Below are positions 12,791-26,678 of a stretch of DNA of 64,000 nucleotides, in pieces. The DNA is taken from NCBI RefSeq assembly GCF_006345805.1, contig NC_042997.1:109864001-109928000 (forward strand), written 5' to 3'. The position numbers and the translations under genes are program-made. The notes under the pieces are model-generated. The model saw only the letters and a program-made list of their open reading frames with translations, made no database searches and was not told the origin of the DNA. Within the stretch, counting starts at the first letter, position 1, and each line of letters begins with the position of its first letter. This stretch comes from Octopus sinensis (Eukaryota).

Positions 12791-13120
12791 CTGCGCCGAA
12801 CAGTAATAACATTTACAATCGATTCGCAATTTCCATATTTATTGTTTTCTTTCTTTTTTCTTTTTTTTTCTTTTGTTCGTATGTTACTGTAACTATGTTG
12901 ATGTTTCGCCAGACATTATCAGCTCTGCTTCAACAGTTCCATATCCACTGCCAGTCCCAGCCTCTACCAAATCTGTCTTATAATTTTATGCGTTTCGCAC
13001 ATAATCATTGAAGATGGCGACCGGGTTAGAATTAACGGATCTTCGGCGGCAATGACGTCAAACATTTCACTTTTCTCAACATTGTTATTTCACTCTAAGC
13101 CTAGCAACTTGTATGTACGT

Positions 13121-13173
<53 letters not shown>

Positions 13174-13937
13174 GTTTGTTTTGTGTGTCTGCATATTAAC
13201 TGTGCACTTGTGTATCATCTCATCTATCTATATATTTATTTCTCACCCTATCTCTGTCTGCCTCTCTCTCTCTCTCCCCTCTCTCTCTCTCCCTCTCTCT
13301 CTCTCTCTGTATATATTATATATATATATATTGTGTGTCTGTGTGTGTATGTAGATGCGTATGTTGTACATGGTTTCATTACATTAGTTCCAAATAATTA
13401 CTGTCATTTTCGTTTGTGTCTACGGCCGTGTGTCTGGTTGATTGTTAATTAGCAAACAGCTGGAAAGAACAATGAGAAGAATCTGTGTGTGCGTGTGCGC
13501 GCAGGCATGTGTGTGTGTGCGTGCGTGCTGAAAGAAATGGAATATACGTGGCCTTGTGTACGTGGAAGTGAAAACGAAACTAATTTAATTTTCCATGTGC
13601 AGCGCATTGCCACATCAGAAAAAGTTTAACGCTCTTTTGCATACATACGTCAATGGGACTGAAGCAGGTCGTTTTGGTGAAATTGAAGAGCGGAAATGAC
13701 TGCGAAATATCAACATATGTCGCTCCCTTTCACTCTCAAGTTGATTTCGTTTCGGCAATCTTTCAGATATTTGTATTTTTAAACACAATTCGCCTTTAAA
13801 GGTGGTTTACCCTGGACGAAGTATTCACGTTTTACAGAGTTTAACGACGCGCAAATATTTAATGTGGCATACTCACATTAATTGTTTTCATTATTTCAAC
13901 TACTTCGACCAAGGATATATATATATATATATATATC

Positions 13938-13975
<38 letters not shown>

Positions 13976-14060
13976 ATATATATGATATATGATATATAAT
14001 ATATACATAATGTAATATATATATATATATATACTATATTATATACATCTATATAATATG

Positions 14061-14099
<39 letters not shown>

Positions 14100-15311
14100 T
14101 ATATATATATATACATACATATATAATATTTATACAAAATATAATATAGATAGATAGATAGATGGATCCTCAGGTGGTTTAAAAACTCAGTGTTTGCCAG
14201 ACATGTTGGAAATATAGCAATACCGCTTTGTCTTCTGCAGACTTTTTATCAATAATTTCACACACACACACAGAGCCACACTCATACGTGTGTGTCTATA
14301 TGTATATATATTCTCAAAACTCTTTATTAAATTTGATTTCTCTTGAATTTTATCATCTAACGCCATCAACTTTATTGCTCTATCTATTTTCTAATCTATA
14401 TATACGTATGTATGCGTCTTTCTCTGTGTGTGTGTGTGAAAAGATAGGGTGGGGGAAGTTTCTGATTAACATTTCACTGTTATCTTAATTGAGAATTCTA
14501 TTTTTGTTTATTTACGATTTCCTACTCATGGTTTTGTTGTTGTTGTTGTTGTTGTTGTTGTGTAAATTACTTTAAATTATCCGATTGAATTACAATATAT
14601 AAATAACTGCGTATGATTGTTATTTCCTGTTGGTCAGGGTAATATATTCTCTCATTAACCAACCAAATATATATTTCCTTTTATCGATATATGTGTGTGT
14701 GTGTGTGACTACATCATTATACTTTTGTTTCTAAGAGTAAAAGAAAGGAAAGAATATCTAGGGAGCAGCATTGTGGACTTGTTCTTAAAAGAAGACTTGA
14801 CTTATATATGATACTAGTAGCGACCGCACTATTCCCTTACTCCCCAATCCTAAAAAGAAAACGGCCCCAACTCATCTCAAAATGCCGCCATATAACAAAG
14901 TTCTTGCTGACCATCTTGAACTACTGACGTATAACTAGAAACACTGACAACCCCGATAACAAGACTAACCACGTAACTATCACCTTGGTTAAAACACACA
15001 CATACATATATGTATATACAAGTATTTCTAAATGTATTTTTATATTGCACGCATCTCACACACACACACACACCCACACACTATTTATAGTATTGTCATT
15101 TGCTCGAAGTATTGTGATGTATTTCAATGATAAAAATGTTTGAAAGAGAAAGGACTTCGGCCGTTACAGCTAACGTGTTTGGCCAAATGTGTGACACAGT
15201 TTCTTTTCTCTCTAATCTCATTCACTGAACTATTGTCATCCCCATTCAGACTTCTCAGCAAGATTGCTCATGGGTTTTTGGGGTTTTTTTCTTTGTTTTT
15301 CAAGCATGGGC

Positions 15312-15622
15312 CTGACACTGCTGTCGGTTATGACGACGAGGTTTCCAGTCGATCCCATCGACGGAATAGCCTGCCCCTTGAATGAGCGTGCAAGTGGCTG
15401 GGTACTCCACAGATACAGTACACTTAATGTAGTCCTCAAGGAGATTCAACCCGACACAGAATGTGACAAGATTGGCCCTTTTGAATCACAGGTACAACCC
15501 ATTCTCGCCAGCTGAGTTGAATGAAGCAAGTGTCTTGTTTAAGGATACAGCGCGCCGCCACGAATCGAAATCACGACCTTACGATAGTGAACCGAATATC
15601 CTAACTCCCTAAGCCTCGCGCA
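15312..15622 (-). mobile_element. SINE family C
   Basis: GGTTATGACGACGAGGTTTCCAG..GTGACAAG..AGTGTCTTG; reverse of 62643-62905. Confidence 0.82.
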
Positions 15623-15775
15623 TACACACACACACATACACACATTATTGTGTGTGTGGTGTATGAGAGAGAGAGAGAGAGAGGGGTAGCCTATGTGTTG
15701 TGCCCAATTCACAAATCTCATCATATATGAGGCCCCAGTCATAACAAAGAATATACGCATGTTTATTTATATATA

Positions 15776-15808
<33 letters not shown>

Positions 15809-16289
15809 ATATATATATATTATATATGTATGTATGTATGTATGCATGTATGTATGTATGTGTGTGTGTTACATATGGGGGGATGTAGCCAGCGATAATG
15901 ATAACTTCCTCTCATTGTATTTGGAGATGATGATCATCATCATCATCATCGTCACCCTTATGTTTATTCAGTGTTGGAGGAAGCAATAAATGCAATTTTG
16001 TGTGAATGTACTTATTGTTTAGCCAAATGCGTTCCGTCTCCCCTCCTCCCCCCCTCTCTCTCTCTCTCCTATCTATCAATCTATTACACCTCCCACACAT
16101 TCACACCTAGCCGTTATATGCAAAAAGCTTCATACATATTCTTAACCCTCCCTTACTCGCGCACATACAGACATACATACACGCAATCTAAACACAATTA
16201 CATAATTATACACATTTACGCATACCCATACATTCATATACTCTTACAAATACATGTTCACTTATTACATGCATACAAATATATATATA

Positions 16290-16417
16290 TATAATGTAGT
16301 ATGTATGTCTATATTATATATATATAATATATATTATATAATATAGTATGTATATGTATGTATGTCTATATATATATATATATATATGTATATGTATGTA
16401 TATATATGTAGTATGTA

Positions 16418-16468
<51 letters not shown>

Positions 16469-16471
16469 GTC

Positions 16472-16504
<33 letters not shown>

Positions 16505-16622
16505 CTATATATATATATATATATATATGATATATATATGTATGTATGTCTATATATGATATATATGTATGTATGTCATATATATATATATATTATATAT
16601 ATATATATATATATAGTATGTA

Positions 16623-16666
<44 letters not shown>

Positions 16667-16890
16667 ATGTATGTCTATATATATATATATATGTATGTAT
16701 GTCTATATTATATATATATTATATATATGTATGTATGTATGTCTATATATATATATATATATATATGTATGTAGGTATGTCTATATATATATATATATAT
16801 TATGTATGTATGTATGTCTATATATATTAATATATTATATGTATGTATGTATGTAGTCTATATATATATATATATATTATGTAGTATGTA

Positions 16891-16962
<72 letters not shown>

Positions 16963-16965
16963 GTC

Positions 16966-16996
<31 letters not shown>

Positions 16997-17003
16997 GTAT
17001 GTC

Positions 17004-17034
<31 letters not shown>

Positions 17035-17093
17035 GTCTATATATATATATTATATGTATGTATGTAGTCTATATATATATATATATGTATGTA

Positions 17094-17138
<45 letters not shown>

Positions 17139-17295
17139 GTCTATATATATATATATATATTATATGTATGTATGTATGTCTATATATATCTATATGTTAT
17201 ATATTTATGTTGTATGTCTATATATATATAATATATATATGTATGTATGTATGTATGTCTATATATATATATATATATATGTAGGTATGTATGTA

Positions 17296-17334
<39 letters not shown>

Positions 17335-17353
17335 ATCTGTATGTATGTATGTC

Positions 17354-17384
<31 letters not shown>

Positions 17385-17391
17385 GTATGTC

Positions 17392-17422
<31 letters not shown>

Positions 17423-17425
17423 GTC

Positions 17426-17456
<31 letters not shown>

Positions 17457-17538
17457 GGTCTATATATATATATATATATCTATATGTGTGTATGTATGTA
17501 TGTCTATATAATATATATATATATGTATGTAGTATGTC

Positions 17539-17571
<33 letters not shown>

Positions 17572-17647
17572 GTCTATATAATATATATATATATATGTAT
17601 GTATGTCTATATCTAATATACATATATTATATATATGTATGTATGTC

Positions 17648-17678
<31 letters not shown>

Positions 17679-17701
17679 TATATATATATAATATGTATGT
17701 A

Positions 17702-17750
<49 letters not shown>

Positions 17751-17778
17751 CTATATAATATATATATATATGTATGTA

Positions 17779-17859
<81 letters not shown>

Positions 17860-17930
17860 TGTCTATATATATATATATATATATATATTATAGGATTATG
17901 TCTATATATATATATATATTGTATGTATGT

Positions 17931-17989
<59 letters not shown>

Positions 17990-17990
17990 C

Positions 17991-18021
<31 letters not shown>

Positions 18022-18150
18022 GTCTATATATATATAATATATATATATATATATGTATGCGTGTATGATATATATATATTTTGTATATATGTCTCTCTCT
18101 ATATATATGTGTATGTATGTGTGTCTATATATATATATATATATAGATAA
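16290..18150. repeat. About 1.85-kb compound satellite of (TA)n-(TATG)n-TCTA units
   Basis: Dozens of TATGTATGTCTA(TA)n units; accounts for all Y/I/M/C/V ORFs there. Confidence 0.95.
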
Positions 18151-18177
18151 GAGGTTGAAATGAAGAGGAATAAAGGA

Positions 18178-18274
18178 TTCTGTTATGAAATTCATTTTCT
18201 TTCTGCTATAGGGGGCAGTGCACTCATTGTTGAGTGCTTAACTATCACCCTATAGTTCATCAGCTATAACAGAA
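18178..18274 (-). ncRNA. Hammerhead-like fold with long stem II, imperfect junctions
   Basis: Minus strand: TTCTGTTAT AG CTGATGA A CTATAGGG..GCACTC AACAAT GAGTGC..CCCTATAG CA GAAA GAAAATGAATTTC ATAACAGAA. 9-bp stem I, 8+6-bp stem II. Confidence 0.45.
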
Positions 18275-18374
18275 ACAGCTGTAAAGTAACGAAATCCATA
18301 ATATAATTGTTAATTCCTTTGTCATTCCAATTTCTTATATATGAATATATATATAATATACATACATGAGTATA

Positions 18375-18422
<48 letters not shown>

Positions 18423-18568
18423 TGTGTCGGGATACTGTGTGTGTAGAAGGTTGAAAAGCAACTCACGAGTTGATATATATATATGGAAAAAAGTCAAGAT
18501 AGAAAATGCGAAATATCCTTTTAAAAAACTTTTTAATTTTTCCAAAATTTAATTGTTTCCCATACTTA

Positions 18569-18604
18569 GAGTTGAAAAAGTCTTAATGACTGAAACCGGT
18601 ACTG
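18569..18604 (+). ncRNA. Degenerate hammerhead motif (5' core mutated)
   Basis: AG TTGAAAA AGTC ttaat GACT GAA ACCGGT A CT. Stem II and palindromic stem III perfect; TTGAAAA instead of CTGANGA. Confidence 0.45.
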
Positions 18605-19214
18605 AAATGTTTTTTATAAAATTATTTTACCATTTTGTACCCTGACTTTTTTGCCATAATGTATATATATGTGTGTGTGTGTGTGTGTGCGTATACTTAC
18701 TTGTACATATCCCTACATGCACAGAACTACATACTGAAAATGCTGCAAAGCATCTTGTTCGGCGCACTAATACCCTCGTCAGATGACCACTTTGATGATA
18801 GCGCGTGTTTGTGAGTGTGTGCATACGTCGGTTTATGCGATTATAATAGAATAGATAGAAAGAACAGTGTGACGATTGAATCGATGAATGAACTGCAGAG
18901 TTCTACATGGCAAATGATACGGTCGAACGTGTTGTTTTTTCTGGCTGCATGCATCTCTCAGCCTCTCATAATACAGGCAGAGAGAAAGAAGCACATATCT
19001 AAACACACACACACACACGCACAGTGATAGAGTACGAAAAGGACTGCAAGTTTTCCAGAATGTTCCATTCTCTCTACTGCGTGTGGTTTCTCTCTCCGTC
19101 TCTCAGTCCATCCTTTTGTGTTCGTTAATCGTTCAAGTGCTTACAGGTGGGAAATGAATGGAACTTGGCAAATACACTTATAACCATAACCTCAGCGAAA
19201 TTCTTCGTCGACGA

Positions 19215-19245
<31 letters not shown>

Positions 19246-21229
19246 GCGTTTTGCTTTGTGGTTTTGTGTTCGTTCGTGTAACCTATATTCATACATGGAG
19301 AGCCTTCTTTTACTGATTATTATTATTATTATTACTAGTGGTTGTGATGGTGTGGCGCCATCTACATATTATCTATCAATGGGTGTGTGTGAGGTGAGGC
19401 GAGTCTGCAAGCGGTTGTTCAGCTTGCTAGAGACAGCAGCCAAATTACACCAGATATATCTGTAATATATATATGTTAGAATGTTTGGAGATGATGTACA
19501 GGTATTTTATATTAGAAGAAATGAGGTACTCAGAAATCCGGATGGTTTTATATTTTCAGATATTTATTCGTATATTACATGTTTTTATACATCATATATC
19601 ATATATTAGCGCTTTCGTCCATTCTAGTGGTGTCTTCAAATTGATATATATATATATATACACATATATATAGGTATATAGATAGATACATATATACATG
19701 CATACATAGACAGATATGTAGACAGATATGTAGATATGTGTGTATGTGTGTGTGTAGTTACTATACAAATAGAACATCATCTTGATGGTTGTGTCGCTTT
19801 GATTTGTGAATCTGCTCCAATGTTATTCATTAATGTTGCCTAACAATACCATACAACTCATGGCAGATGGCGCCGCTGATCTTTGACATTTCTGTTACTT
19901 AACAATGTGGCAGCATATGTCAGTAGATTTTAATACCAGACACCACCACCACCACCACCATTTACACCAGCGCCACCATCCCTACCTGTGCACGATACTG
20001 TTAGAACAGCGATCGCTACCATCATCATCATCATCATCATCACTATCACCACTGCCAGCACAACCATCATCATCACCATCATGATCATTGTCGTCATCAT
20101 CCTCATCGCTACAACCATTTTTCGCTCATTATGATCATAGTTCATCGTCGTCATCGTCGTCAGTATCATCATCACCACTACAGCCACGTCCACCACCGTC
20201 ATCGTTGTCACTCCCAGCGGCACCGCCACCATCAATATCGTCTACATCACTACCACCATCACCAACTCAACCATCATCAACATCATCACTAATACCAGCG
20301 CCATCGTCGTAATCATCACCATCGTCGTCGTCGTCATCATCATCACCGCCACCGCCACCACAACAATATTCATCAAAATTAACAATGAGTTTATCGTCTG
20401 TCGTCGTCGTAGCCATCGTCATCCATTTGTTTAATTTTTTTTTTCCCGAAGATTTGAAATCTCATCACGTGAGATTTATTGAATGTAAAAAGATTGTGAA
20501 GTACATCAACCACAACAACAACAACAACAACAAACCTCAACTAAAACTAAAAAGAGTTTTAAAATAAAACATGTTTTAAGCAGTAAATATCAACGACAAC
20601 GAATAGTAATTCTGCGACGTACGTACGTACGTGTGTGTGTGTGTGTGTGAACACATATACTTGTTATGGGATATGTTGGTCGAGGAATTGTAACCAAAGT
20701 ATAGGAAGCGGGTAAGCCTAGTCAGAATCTGTTCCCTCTTAAATGTGTCTGCCTCGAATTGTCGAAGAGATGCTGCGAAAAGCAACATTTTATTCGGTCT
20801 TACTTCAATTTATTTTTGGTTTAAAATGGCAGCCATCTGGGCAGTGTTTACAAACGGGAGACATTTCTGCATTTCAACCTTTGACCGTTTACTTTTTTAT
20901 TTTATTTATTTTAATCAAATATTTCTAATCTTTCGTCGGTTGATTTTCTTTTTCTACCGCACAGCCTTGCTTCTAGTCACTTCTTTCTTATATCACTAAA
21001 CATTGCGGGACCCCATTAAAATATAAATTGTAATGTGAGGTTTAGATAGATTAGACTGGCATCTGTCGTTTTTCATGCGGCTATTCATTTCGTGTGATGT
21101 AACAAGCTTCTTATTCCCTCCTTTGACGCCACGAGATTCTGTTGGTTGCGGTTTTCTTAGCATCTAGCCATGTGACATTGACCTCTCTCGTGTCAGTTAT
21201 GTATGTTCTGCACCGTGTAGCTTTCAGCC

Positions 21230-21667
21230 TTCTTCTCTTTCTCTCTCCATTGGTGTCCAATCGAAAGCTGGTAACGAGGGCATGTGATCTTGAGTTGGCA
21301 CTGGTAACAAGAGTAAGTGGTCTTGTGTTGACTATCTTTAGAATATCTCCATCGATTATGTCGTCTTACCCCTACGTTCTCAGACTCCTTCTCACTCATC
21401 TTCGGTGAAATATATCCAGCTTACAGTCTGATTGCAAATAAAAGCATTAGGTCTTGCTTTACTGGAAGAAACGAATTTTCTTCTTCGTGTTTCGGTCCAA
21501 ATTTTAAATTTTCGTTTAAAACTTGAGGTTCTCCAATTTTTACGCCGTACGCCTTCGTTATACCCGACAATGTTGAGGTACCCATTGTGAAGATTATATT
21601 TTACGATGGTTGGGTACCGTAAAACAGACATAATGGGGCCCATATGATCAGTATCATAAGCAAACAA
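21230..21667 (-). mobile_element. Possible decayed DNA-transposase fragment (piggyBac-like)
   Basis: PTIVKYNLHNGYLNIV..GVRRKNW..NAFI followed by KTTYSCYQCQLKITCPRYQ loosely resembles the piggyBac third-Asp region and Cys-rich tail. No TIR or TTAA found. Confidence 0.3.
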
Positions 21668-21758
21668 TGTATAAATTGTTATTATCCTCGGAATTAGAAA
21701 CTTCCTAGCAACATATTTGACGAAGTTATGTGTATATATATATATAATATATATATAT

Positions 21759-21789
<31 letters not shown>

Positions 21790-21850
21790 ATATATACTAG
21801 CTTGTTGTCTTTCACTCACCAATGCTTATATTTAATTCTTTATTGCGCTC

Positions 21851-22040
21851 AAGGAGTTAAACACAGAGAGGGCTAACACGGACAGACCCCAGTGCATAAC
21901 TGGTACTTATTTAATCGACTCCGAAAGGATGAAAGGCAAAATCGACCTCGGCGGAATTTGAACTCAGAACGTGAAGACAGACGATATACTACTAAGCATT
22001 TCGCCCGGGCGTGCTAACGTTTGTGTCAGCTCGTCGTCTT
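21851..22040 (-). mobile_element. SINE family A
   Basis: CGAAAGGATGAAAGGCAAAATCGACCTCGGCGGAATTTGAACTCAGAACG is the reverse complement of the family A core. Confidence 0.88.
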
Positions 22041-22449
22041 TCCCTCACCCACACTTATATTGTCAATCCAAAGCATTATTCCAGTCCCATCCCATTCCTC
22101 TTATATTTGTCTGTCAAAATGTGATCACGTGTCTATATCTCGACAGACAGACATTCGCAGAGATTTCTCCCAACGATGAATGTCACATTGAAACCGGCAA
22201 GTGTGACATGCTGGTTAATATGTTCATATTATTTCATGATATATCGGAAATTAATTGGTCTTAAGCAAAATATTCCAACAAATTGCTCATTATTTTCTAC
22301 CAAACTAAAACATCGCCTCTACCTGCCATTTCACTCCAGACTCCGTTGCATCTCATCGTGTGTGTGTGTGTGTGTAAAATGTTCATTTTCATGTATATCA
22401 TTTTTGTCTGGTTTATACATGCAAATGCATCAAGATGGACGCGTACAAG

Positions 22450-22472
22450 ACTCTCTCTCTCTCTATCTATCC

Positions 22473-22534
<62 letters not shown>

Positions 22535-22713
22535 ATATCTATTATATATATATATATATATAACTATATATATATATATATATTATATATATATATATAT
22601 ATATAATATATTATATATATATTATATATATATATTATTTATATATATATTATATATATATATATATTATATATATATTATATATATATATATATTTATA
22701 TATATTATATATA

Positions 22714-22750
<37 letters not shown>

Positions 22751-22770
22751 GATTTATTATTTATTTATTT
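22450..22770. repeat. (TCTA)n plus (TA)n microsatellite
   Basis: Seen directly. Confidence 0.92.
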
Positions 22771-22826
22771 ATTTATCTAGCTATTCTTTCAACCCTCTTC
22801 TCTCTTTGTAAATGTGTGTGTTTTAG

Positions 22827-22857
<31 letters not shown>

Positions 22858-25373
22858 GATAAAAATAGAATAATAGACAGACTACATTATTAGATAGATA
22901 GATAGATAATATACGTATATTTACGCCCTCATTCAAACAAATTTTTACAAACGTTAGTTTTTATGTATGTGTTTATGTGTACATATGCGTATACGCACTT
23001 ACACATACGCACACAAACACACATACTTATTCACACATAGCTTTATGGTTTTAAAGCGCTTTCAATCATATTGTCTCTTTCTAATGCCCGAATTAAACTG
23101 TTTATCAGTCCTCCTTGGTTTCATTTGAAACCTGGCTCTTGTGCGTGCGTGTATGTGTATGTCTGTGTGCATATGTGCGTATGCATGTGATGCAGGCTTG
23201 ACAACCTGGTAATGACGTTTGCTTTGCAATCATGTGTTTCCGATATTAAATATAATAGCTTCCGTTTCCATCCAAACTTTTTACGTTTAACGGGTGAGAA
23301 CCGTAAGAGCAGAAACTGTACAGAACCCTACCAGTATGGTAAAAGACAAGGCCCCTGGCGATTTTGAGAGTCGCTTTAGACATTCTGCCTTTCGATTAGT
23401 CACGTGATATAGTTTCTTCCTGCCTTTTCTCGCCATGGCTATTGTTCTTCACGCTCCTAGCCACCGTTTTGAAAATCTACGATGGTCATCCGCGCAGTCT
23501 CACTTTGAAGTAGATTGTAAAATTGCGAGAAACGAAGCAAGTGTATGCGATTTCATGAAAGAGTTGTGATCGATACATAACTTTCTATTTTAATTAAATT
23601 CATTGTTCCGCTCGATTACTAAGATTATCAGTTTCGAATCCTCCAGGTTCTATGATACCAATAATAGTTGGTGCCCTTACTGGAAAATGTAATCGACCAG
23701 CTAATTCGCACATTACGAAAATCATCTGAAAGCGGAACAATAAAAATATGCAAGACTTTACTCAAGTTCAAAATCTGACATTGATTTTGCTATCAACGTT
23801 CCTATGATGGAGTTTAGTATCTTTGTTAGAAACAAGCTTCTTTCTTACAGGAAGATTTCTCAAAACCAGAAGAGAACAAGCATACATATACACACTCGTT
23901 CAGACCCAACACATATGAGTCATTCATACGTACATTCATGCATAAATGCATTCACACAAACATACCTATATCTACACCTATTCACATTAACATATTCCCA
24001 CAAACACACAGACCTATATTTCATCTCATTCAGCTTCTCGTGTAATTTCTTCACCATTTTTCTATGAGCTTGATGTGTGCACGCGTGCGTGTGCGTACGT
24101 GTGTGTGCGCGTGTGCATCTTTCTCCTCCTCACTCTCTGTTGTATCAACCATTGCTGCTTCTTTATTGCTACATCCCTCCAACTGTGTCTTCATGTTGTC
24201 TGTGTACACAATTGCGTATTTACTAGAATAAGTAAATGAATGTTTTAGATCGCAATAACATCGCAACCAAACATGTACCATGAACGAGTCTATTTTAGAG
24301 GCAAACCAGTTATGATAACAATCCTGTTATAACTGTTGTATAGAAAAACACAACTTTCTCTGGTGGATGTATGACTTGTTACCAAACACGTTTGGTAGCG
24401 AAGATCCTCGATTTTAGCTAAAGTAAATTCACATAAACTTGTAACATCGCGTCTATGTAGAGCCAGTGTCTAAAATTAGAAAACTATTGAAATGTTATTT
24501 GGCGATCTTTATCGATATCCTTAAATCCTTAATCCTTAAAAATGTTTCAGCTTGAAGGCTGCGGCCATGCTGGAGTACTACCGTTGAATGAGCTACACTA
24601 GTATGCGAAGCCACCTCTGATACGTGGTACTTGATCAACAAGGGAGTTCGACGTCGCTGCCCGTATCTGTGTTTCCTGCCGAGAGGTAGGTTCTTCTGGA
24701 ACCCCTGACAAGAAGAGATCCAGTTTAGTTTTAAAGGAACCCACATCCACACCATAAGTAAAATTTGAAGGGAATCACGAGAGCGAAATATGAACTTGCC
24801 TATCTACAACGTCAAATTGTGTTTCAACCATTAGATTATCGGTCCGAATGGCTGTCATGGCTTCTCCTCTTATACATGTATTTCACCGTCACCTTTGTGT
24901 GTGTGTGTGTGTGTGTCTGTGTCCTACGTTCTTTAACGATGTCTCTTCATTGTATTATTGAAGTCTTCAGAAAATTCCTGACGAATCAATTCAGTCCATT
25001 TCGTTTCCTTCATGGTTTCTTACTCGTACCAGAATGTCCACTCATGTTGTTCCGCTTCAGTAATCACTGCCAAGACTAAAGAATCTTTCATCTTTTTGGC
25101 AATACGAAATATAAATCATTCCAAATACGAAACTAAAGAATCATATTGTGTGTCAGATTAATTAGAAAGAATGTTGAAGAATATAGTGGAGTTTCATGGC
25201 TAGTCTCTATAGAAACCAAAACTTCGTAGAACTGAATCTCATAATTAACGAATTTCTCATATTTTCTCTGTTTCTTTCCTCGTTTGTTAATTATCTGCTG
25301 CAATGAATTCTACAGAAAATTATGCAAGAACTCACAGAGTAAGAAAGATAATGTAAAAATTAAAGAATGAGAG

Positions 25374-25423
<50 letters not shown>

Positions 25424-25590
25424 GACAGACAGAGAAAAGATGATGGAAATAAAAGAAACAAATGGCGGAAATGAGGGCATAAAAAAATATGAATAATATA
25501 TGTAAATGGTGAGGAATATAATGATGGGAGATTGTGAAGCACGAGGAAAGAATAGAATTAGGACCTGTGTGGGACATTGAGAAGAGTCGA

Positions 25591-25633
<43 letters not shown>

Positions 25634-26123
25634 GAGAGACGTGCAAAAGATTATGCAAACACGCACGCACACGCGCACACACGTTAGTGACATGAATATG
25701 GAAGACTCGATAAGCAAAAATGTGAAGAATATTCTGAATTGTGATGACATTTTGTTGGTTAAGCAGAGCCTGAAGTGTCTGCTTCAATAAGAAGCTCATT
25801 GCAAATGGAAACGAAAGCAGATTTTGTGTCTTCCTGTTTTATCGTCAATTTTCACCCGTTTCTGTCGTTCTCCATCGATTGACTTAGAAGAAGACGCTTT
25901 CTCCAAATAAGCCAAAACGTCTGAAACTGTGTCAGAAAAATTACCTTTGAATGTTTGTTATTTAAAATGTCGTGAATAATAATAATGATAGTAACCGAAT
26001 CTAGTAGATAATCTGCATGCATCTGCTGTAACGCTCAATTATGTACAAGTAACATGGTATAATTATAAACAGGGCAAATTTTGAGCCATTTCTCCGCACA
26101 GACTGGAAAAAAAATGATGAACA

Positions 26124-26166
26124 ACCTTAATCGATTTTCGGACCTTACTGGGTTCTCATCAGCGGC
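26124..26166 (-). ncRNA. Minimal type I hammerhead ribozyme motif, core intact, weak stem I
   Basis: Minus strand: GCCG CTGATGA GAACC CAGTAA GGTCC GAA AATCGATT A AGGT. Palindromic stem III, one mismatch in stem II. Confidence 0.6.
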
Positions 26167-26291
26167 GTCTACATCATTCTGAAAGTCTCCAGAGAAACAA
26201 GCAGCTAAACTGTTTATATACTCAACAATGCAACAGTTACTCTGTCAACTGGGATCTTCGTATCAAGGTATGAGATAATAAATATGTAACA

Positions 26292-26678
26292 TCTTTATAT
26301 ATAAAAGTGAGGTTGTGTGCTGTCTGTCTCCTACGATTTAGATTCCTAACTACTCCCACATTTTGCGGTGCAGTTTAACCCAAACTGGGTATCTTATAGT
26401 CGTGATTCCTATCGAGCCCTTCTGGGTATTAGCCCGCGTCTACGATTTAAAAAAAAAATTACCATCAATTTTTCTCATTTTTAATGCATTTTTGGCATAT
26501 ATAAGGGAAGTAACTCTCTAAAAATTTATTATTAAATATCAGAACGTAAAAAGCTACAGTAACACTCCCCCCCTTTGTGGTTAACCATATTGAGATGGCT
26601 ATTATACTTTATATCTCTAAAAATGCTTATATAGTTATTTCCCTTACAAACCCGAGCAACGCCGGGCGATACTGCTAG
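26292..26678 (+). mobile_element. Non-autonomous Helitron (387 bp)
   Basis: Begins A|TCTTTATATATAAAAG and ends with the hairpin CCCGAGCAACGCCGGG about 8 nt before CTAG|T; inserted in an AT dinucleotide with no TSD. Confidence 0.85.

Noticed and set aside
13570-13581. ISRE-like GAAAACGAAACT; also CTCF-like CAGATGGCGC at 19864
   Set aside because: Single short motifs, expected by chance in 64 kb.
16348-18195. Many long Y/I/M/C/V ORFs
   Set aside because: Stop-poor frames of TA/TATG satellites.
18735-18795. Minus-strand CTGACGA GGGT..GCGCC GAAC
   Set aside because: GAAA incomplete and stems II and III poor; at best an unrecognisable relic.
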